A stretch of 64,000 nucleotides of DNA from Macrostomum lignano (lineage: Eukaryota): NCBI GenBank assembly GCA_002269645.1, contig NIVC01002211.1, positions 128,045 to 192,044 on the forward strand. The letters run 5' to 3'. Position 1 is the stretch's first letter. Each line of letters begins with the position of its first letter. The translations under genes and the position numbers were made by a program. The notes below the pieces were generated by a model. It was not told the DNA's origin, did no database searches, and worked only from the letters and a program-made list of their open reading frames with translations. Shown in pieces: positions 60,595 to 64,000 of this stretch.

Positions 60595-62384
60595 TTGGCA
60601 CGGGTTATGATTATTATCATAACTTTAATGATTATTTGTGTCAAACTACGATTGAAGGTGCCGGCCATTAGTCACTGGAACTGTATCAATATTAAAGTTT
60701 TTTTAATCAAAGACAAAGGTCGAACAAAGAGAAATACAGCGACATGGACGAAGCTTCGCTTAAAATTGTTGCATCGATAATTTGCTATTCGGTCTTTTAC
60801 CTATTCTTTTAGTAGAATCCCTTTGAATTCAATATAAATTGTTGGTTTTGGAACTTGACCTTGAGCTTCATTGAGCTGTCAATCATTTTAGGACGCAGTC
60901 AGTTTGATAAGTTTTAGCCGATGCATCCTCAGAACAGACCGTTTTGGCCAAAAGCAGTAGATTGCGACAAGAAATGTAGCTGGCGCCATCGGACACTCGG
61001 TCATGGTAGCCAACGGGCACAAAAATTCAGAATTTAGCTACGAGCACTAGCATCCAACACAAATTGATGGGAGCAAAAAACCCTTTCAGTGTTGACAATG
61101 AGATCAAATATACAACAGCCCTGCTCCCTCCCCTAGTTCAAGCAATCCGGCCAGCAAACAACAGCTAAAAAAGGGTAAACACGATGTTTAATGGCATTCC
61201 ATTATTTGCGCTATAGCCACACTCAACTGTTGTCAGTCTGGCTATCCAAAAAAAGCGCGACATTTCAAGACAAATGGAGGCTGCGGTATTGCCAGTGCAT
61301 TCCTGAGCTGAAAAACGCATCACCATGCAGGGGGTGTTTTATATACGACTTGTAGTGGCTACAAGTGCTTGTGCTTGTCACAAGTTACTTTCGTTTCATA
61401 AAATTGCCAAAGCTACAAGTACCTAAAAGCTACAAGTGAGTAATAGTGACAAGTCCGTATTACAAGCGTTCCGTTTCATATATGGTGTCTATGTCTACTA
61501 TCCTCGACGCGTGTAATGACTGACAAGCTGAAGAGACATCTTTTACGCAACCTTGTAGTTCGGTTCTTCTTCTTACGAAAGCCCGATTATGAAAGCGACG
61601 GTTCTGTTGCACTAATAAAGCGGTGCGCACATTTAATTAGACAATTAGACACATTTCACCTCTCTCGAAAGTGGCAGTGGATTCGGCCAGTTTGAAAGTT
61701 GACTTCGGTTAAAAGCTACGAGCCATACTAGCTTGGGTTTGTAGTCTGTGAATGATTTTAGTTCCGACTGGTATAGGCTGAGTTTGCCGTAGCAAGTCTA
61801 AGACTGTGAATTTCAAACTGCCTAAACACAAGAATGGCGCTGACTGAGAGCATAGTTATTAGACTAATTTGATCTTTTAAAAAATCATTCATTAGTTGAT
61901 CAAACAGCTAATTTAACCGAAGAACAAAAATATGATATCACATGCACCATCACCTGACAGGACTTCTTTTACCTCGAAAACTTAGGTAACATGTCGATTT
62001 TCCGTTTGAACGATACATAAAATATTTTAATCGAGCTGCTGTCTTTAGTAGAAATAACAGCGCATTAACCTCCAGCCAATGACGGCTAATTTTCGCTAAT
62101 GTCCGCTAATGTCCGCTTACCTTTCTCGTCAACGGAAAGCCGTAAATTTTTTTTACTTCAGCGAAATTTGACTCAGTCTATGGTGCGTAAATTCGTTCAA
62201 CTGCTCTCAAAGCAGGATATAATAGCCTTGTGCCGTTGCAGTTTGCACATGCGCTTGCTTTATAAAGTCATGTTCAGATATTGTCATTTGACAGGGCTGT
62301 CTGGTGTCGACCGACCACTGTGTAGTGTAGCTTAACAGCAAAAAATGAGCTCAATGTCTATGATAGAGCGTATCCTTGTACTGC

Positions 62385-62800
62385 TTGCCTCGCGGTTCAA
62401 GGCTCGGGCTGTTTCAGGCAGTCGTTGAGACTGTCTTGTTGTACAACGCCGAGACCTGGACCCTGACAGACGCTTTAGAGAGGCAGCTGGACGTTGCGCA
62501 TGCGGCCATGCTGCGTGCGGCGTTCGGAGTGCGCAGCGGTCCAGACAGCGAGCCCAAGCCGCGCTCTACACGAGGGCACGCCTGACGCGGCCTTCTGACC
62601 TGCTGCTCGGGCGGCGACTTCGACTGGCTGGCCACGTCATCCGGTCGGAGGCTCGCTGCCCTGAGCCGCTGTACGAGGTGCTGCTGCTCAAGCTGCAGGG
62701 ACCGCGCAGGCGAGGCCAAGGGCGAACGGCGAGATATCCTGACAGGCTTTTGACCTATGTTGGCGCCCCGGACCAAGCTGAGGGTGTGACTTTCTGAGGG
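62385..62800 (+). mobile_element. 5'-truncated RTE-clade LINE 3' fragment (frameshifted)
   Basis: LFQAVVETVLLYNAETWTL...RRLRLAGHVIR...RRRGQGR resembles the RTE ORF C-terminus. Confidence 0.8.
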
Positions 62801-63275
62801 CTATGGCCCAGAGACGCGCTCTCTGACTTCTCCCCCCTTTCTGGCTACTACTATGGCTGGCATGTGAAGTACTTTGTTGTGTTGTTGTTGTACTGCTATA
62901 CCCCTTTATTGCTATTAAAATTGCTGTTTCATTTTCAAATGACGGAGACAACAAGTGAAAATTCGGATTCCACTAAGAACAGCAGTTGAAGCCAGCAAAT
63001 TTGAACGTAAGTTTGTGGTTGGCTAATGCAGGTCTGCTACAAAATGAAAAAATTGACAGAGAGGACAGACAGACATGCAGGGAAGAAAACATGCATAGAA
63101 CCATGGGAGACAAAAATGCGAAGACTGGTGTTAAACAGAAATTAGCGAAGGGAAAATAAAATTGGAGGGAGCGAGGGATCGCTAACCAATCGGGATGACA
63201 TTGGCTGGTAGCATCACTTTCAGACAACTCACTCTACCATATTCCCGAATCGATTACTCAGTGTTGATGTCAGGC

Positions 63276-63282
63276 TATAAAA
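63276..63282 (+). promoter_or_regulatory. TATA box upstream of lectin paralog 2
   Basis: TATAAAA 67 bp before the ATG at 63349. Confidence 0.55.
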
Positions 63283-63348
63283 CCAAGCTAAAACCAGACA
63301 AAATGTCTTCAACCAACAGCACAGAGTAGCCACCAAAGCCAGAACACA

Positions 63349-64000
63349 ATGCTTGCTAGTCTGGGCATCATCATTTCTTTCGCAGTCACCGCGGCTGCCT
63401 TCGAATACGCGATAATCAACGGCTGCAGTGCATGAAGAGTGAGTTCATCGAGACTCACAACGAGGCCAGGTCCGACTTAGACTGCGCCATCCTCTGCGAT
63501 GACAGAACCCGCTGTCAGGCGTTTTCCAAGTCTGCGGGCCGTGCCAGCTGTTCATGTTCGACAGGTGCAGCAAGAACGTGAGAGACTGCAGCTGCAGTCG
63601 TACAACAAAGGTGTTCGTGAAGCAGCAACCGGGTCTGCCGCCCGGAGCCCTGTGCCCTGCTGGCTACGCCGACGACCTGTGCGGCACCAAGTACAAGTTC
63701 CACAACAAGTCCACCGACTGGGACGCGTTCAGGAGTGCGATGGACTCGGAGTCTGGCCTCGTCATCATGGCCGACGTGACCAATGAGACGGAGATGGCTC
63801 ACCTCAAGGGAGTCTTTGCCTCTCGAAAGTTGGACAAAGTGTTTCTTGGCGGACTTCGGCTGTCTGGCACCTCGGATCCAAGCGCTGGATGGATGTGGAT
63901 CGGCTGCAATGCCAGCATCGCTGAATTCTGGTCGCCTGGAGAGCCGAACAATAGCGGTGGCACAGAGTGCGTCACCGTTGCTGGAAACCCGTACCCAGCT
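63349..64000 (+). CDS. PAN/Apple + C-type lectin protein (paralog 2), two apparent -1 frameshifts, runs off the window
   Basis: MLASLGIIISFAVTAAA signal peptide. Colinear with paralog 1 (VKQQPGLPPGALCPAGY identical; GEPN; ECVTV) if one base is restored at ~63424 and at ~63536-63540. Confidence 0.8.

Noticed and set aside
61331-61800. Harbinger-like MITE starting ggggtgttttata with internal cttgtag/ctacaag palindromes
   Set aside because: I could not find a matching right TIR or a TSD; it may be a truncated element.

Overview
Eukaryotic (animal) genomic DNA. GC-rich, Ala-rich exons with GT-AG introns sit in AT-rich spacers, and most introns carry a tandem-repeat array. This style resembles the flatworm Macrostomum (inference only). 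Genes reconstructed by hand from splice-phase logic: (1) a 6-exon luciferase-like/4-coumarate-CoA-ligase-like acyl-CoA synthetase (-, 26-4634); (2) a large cellular (RNAi-type) RNA-dependent RNA polymerase with an intact GSDLDGD site whose exons splice in phase into a degenerate Upf1-like SF1 helicase and a C-terminal RGG/Trp repeat tail (-, 6185 to at least 20569, probably 21810; >2100 aa); (3) a B-box/coiled-coil/NHL-like propeller gene directly upstream (-, 26328-29533) that may be the N-terminus of the same polypeptide; (4) an orphan rhodopsin-type GPCR (+, ~36229-47010); (5) an SNX1/2-like PX-BAR sorting nexin (-, 51940-54558); (6) two tandem PAN/Apple + C-type lectin paralogs (+, 59878-60594 and 63349 to the window end). 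Mobile elements: tRNA-derived SINEs, two MITE-like elements, two LINE 3' fragments and a possible solo LTR. Several otherwise intact genes show single-base deletions in G/C runs, probably consensus-sequence errors. The best candidate for a novel system is the RdRP-helicase-RGG fusion, possibly with a TRIM-NHL-like N-terminus: one polypeptide combining parts that act as separate partners in fungal, plant and nematode siRNA amplification. No CRISPR array, rRNA or genuine tRNA gene was found.
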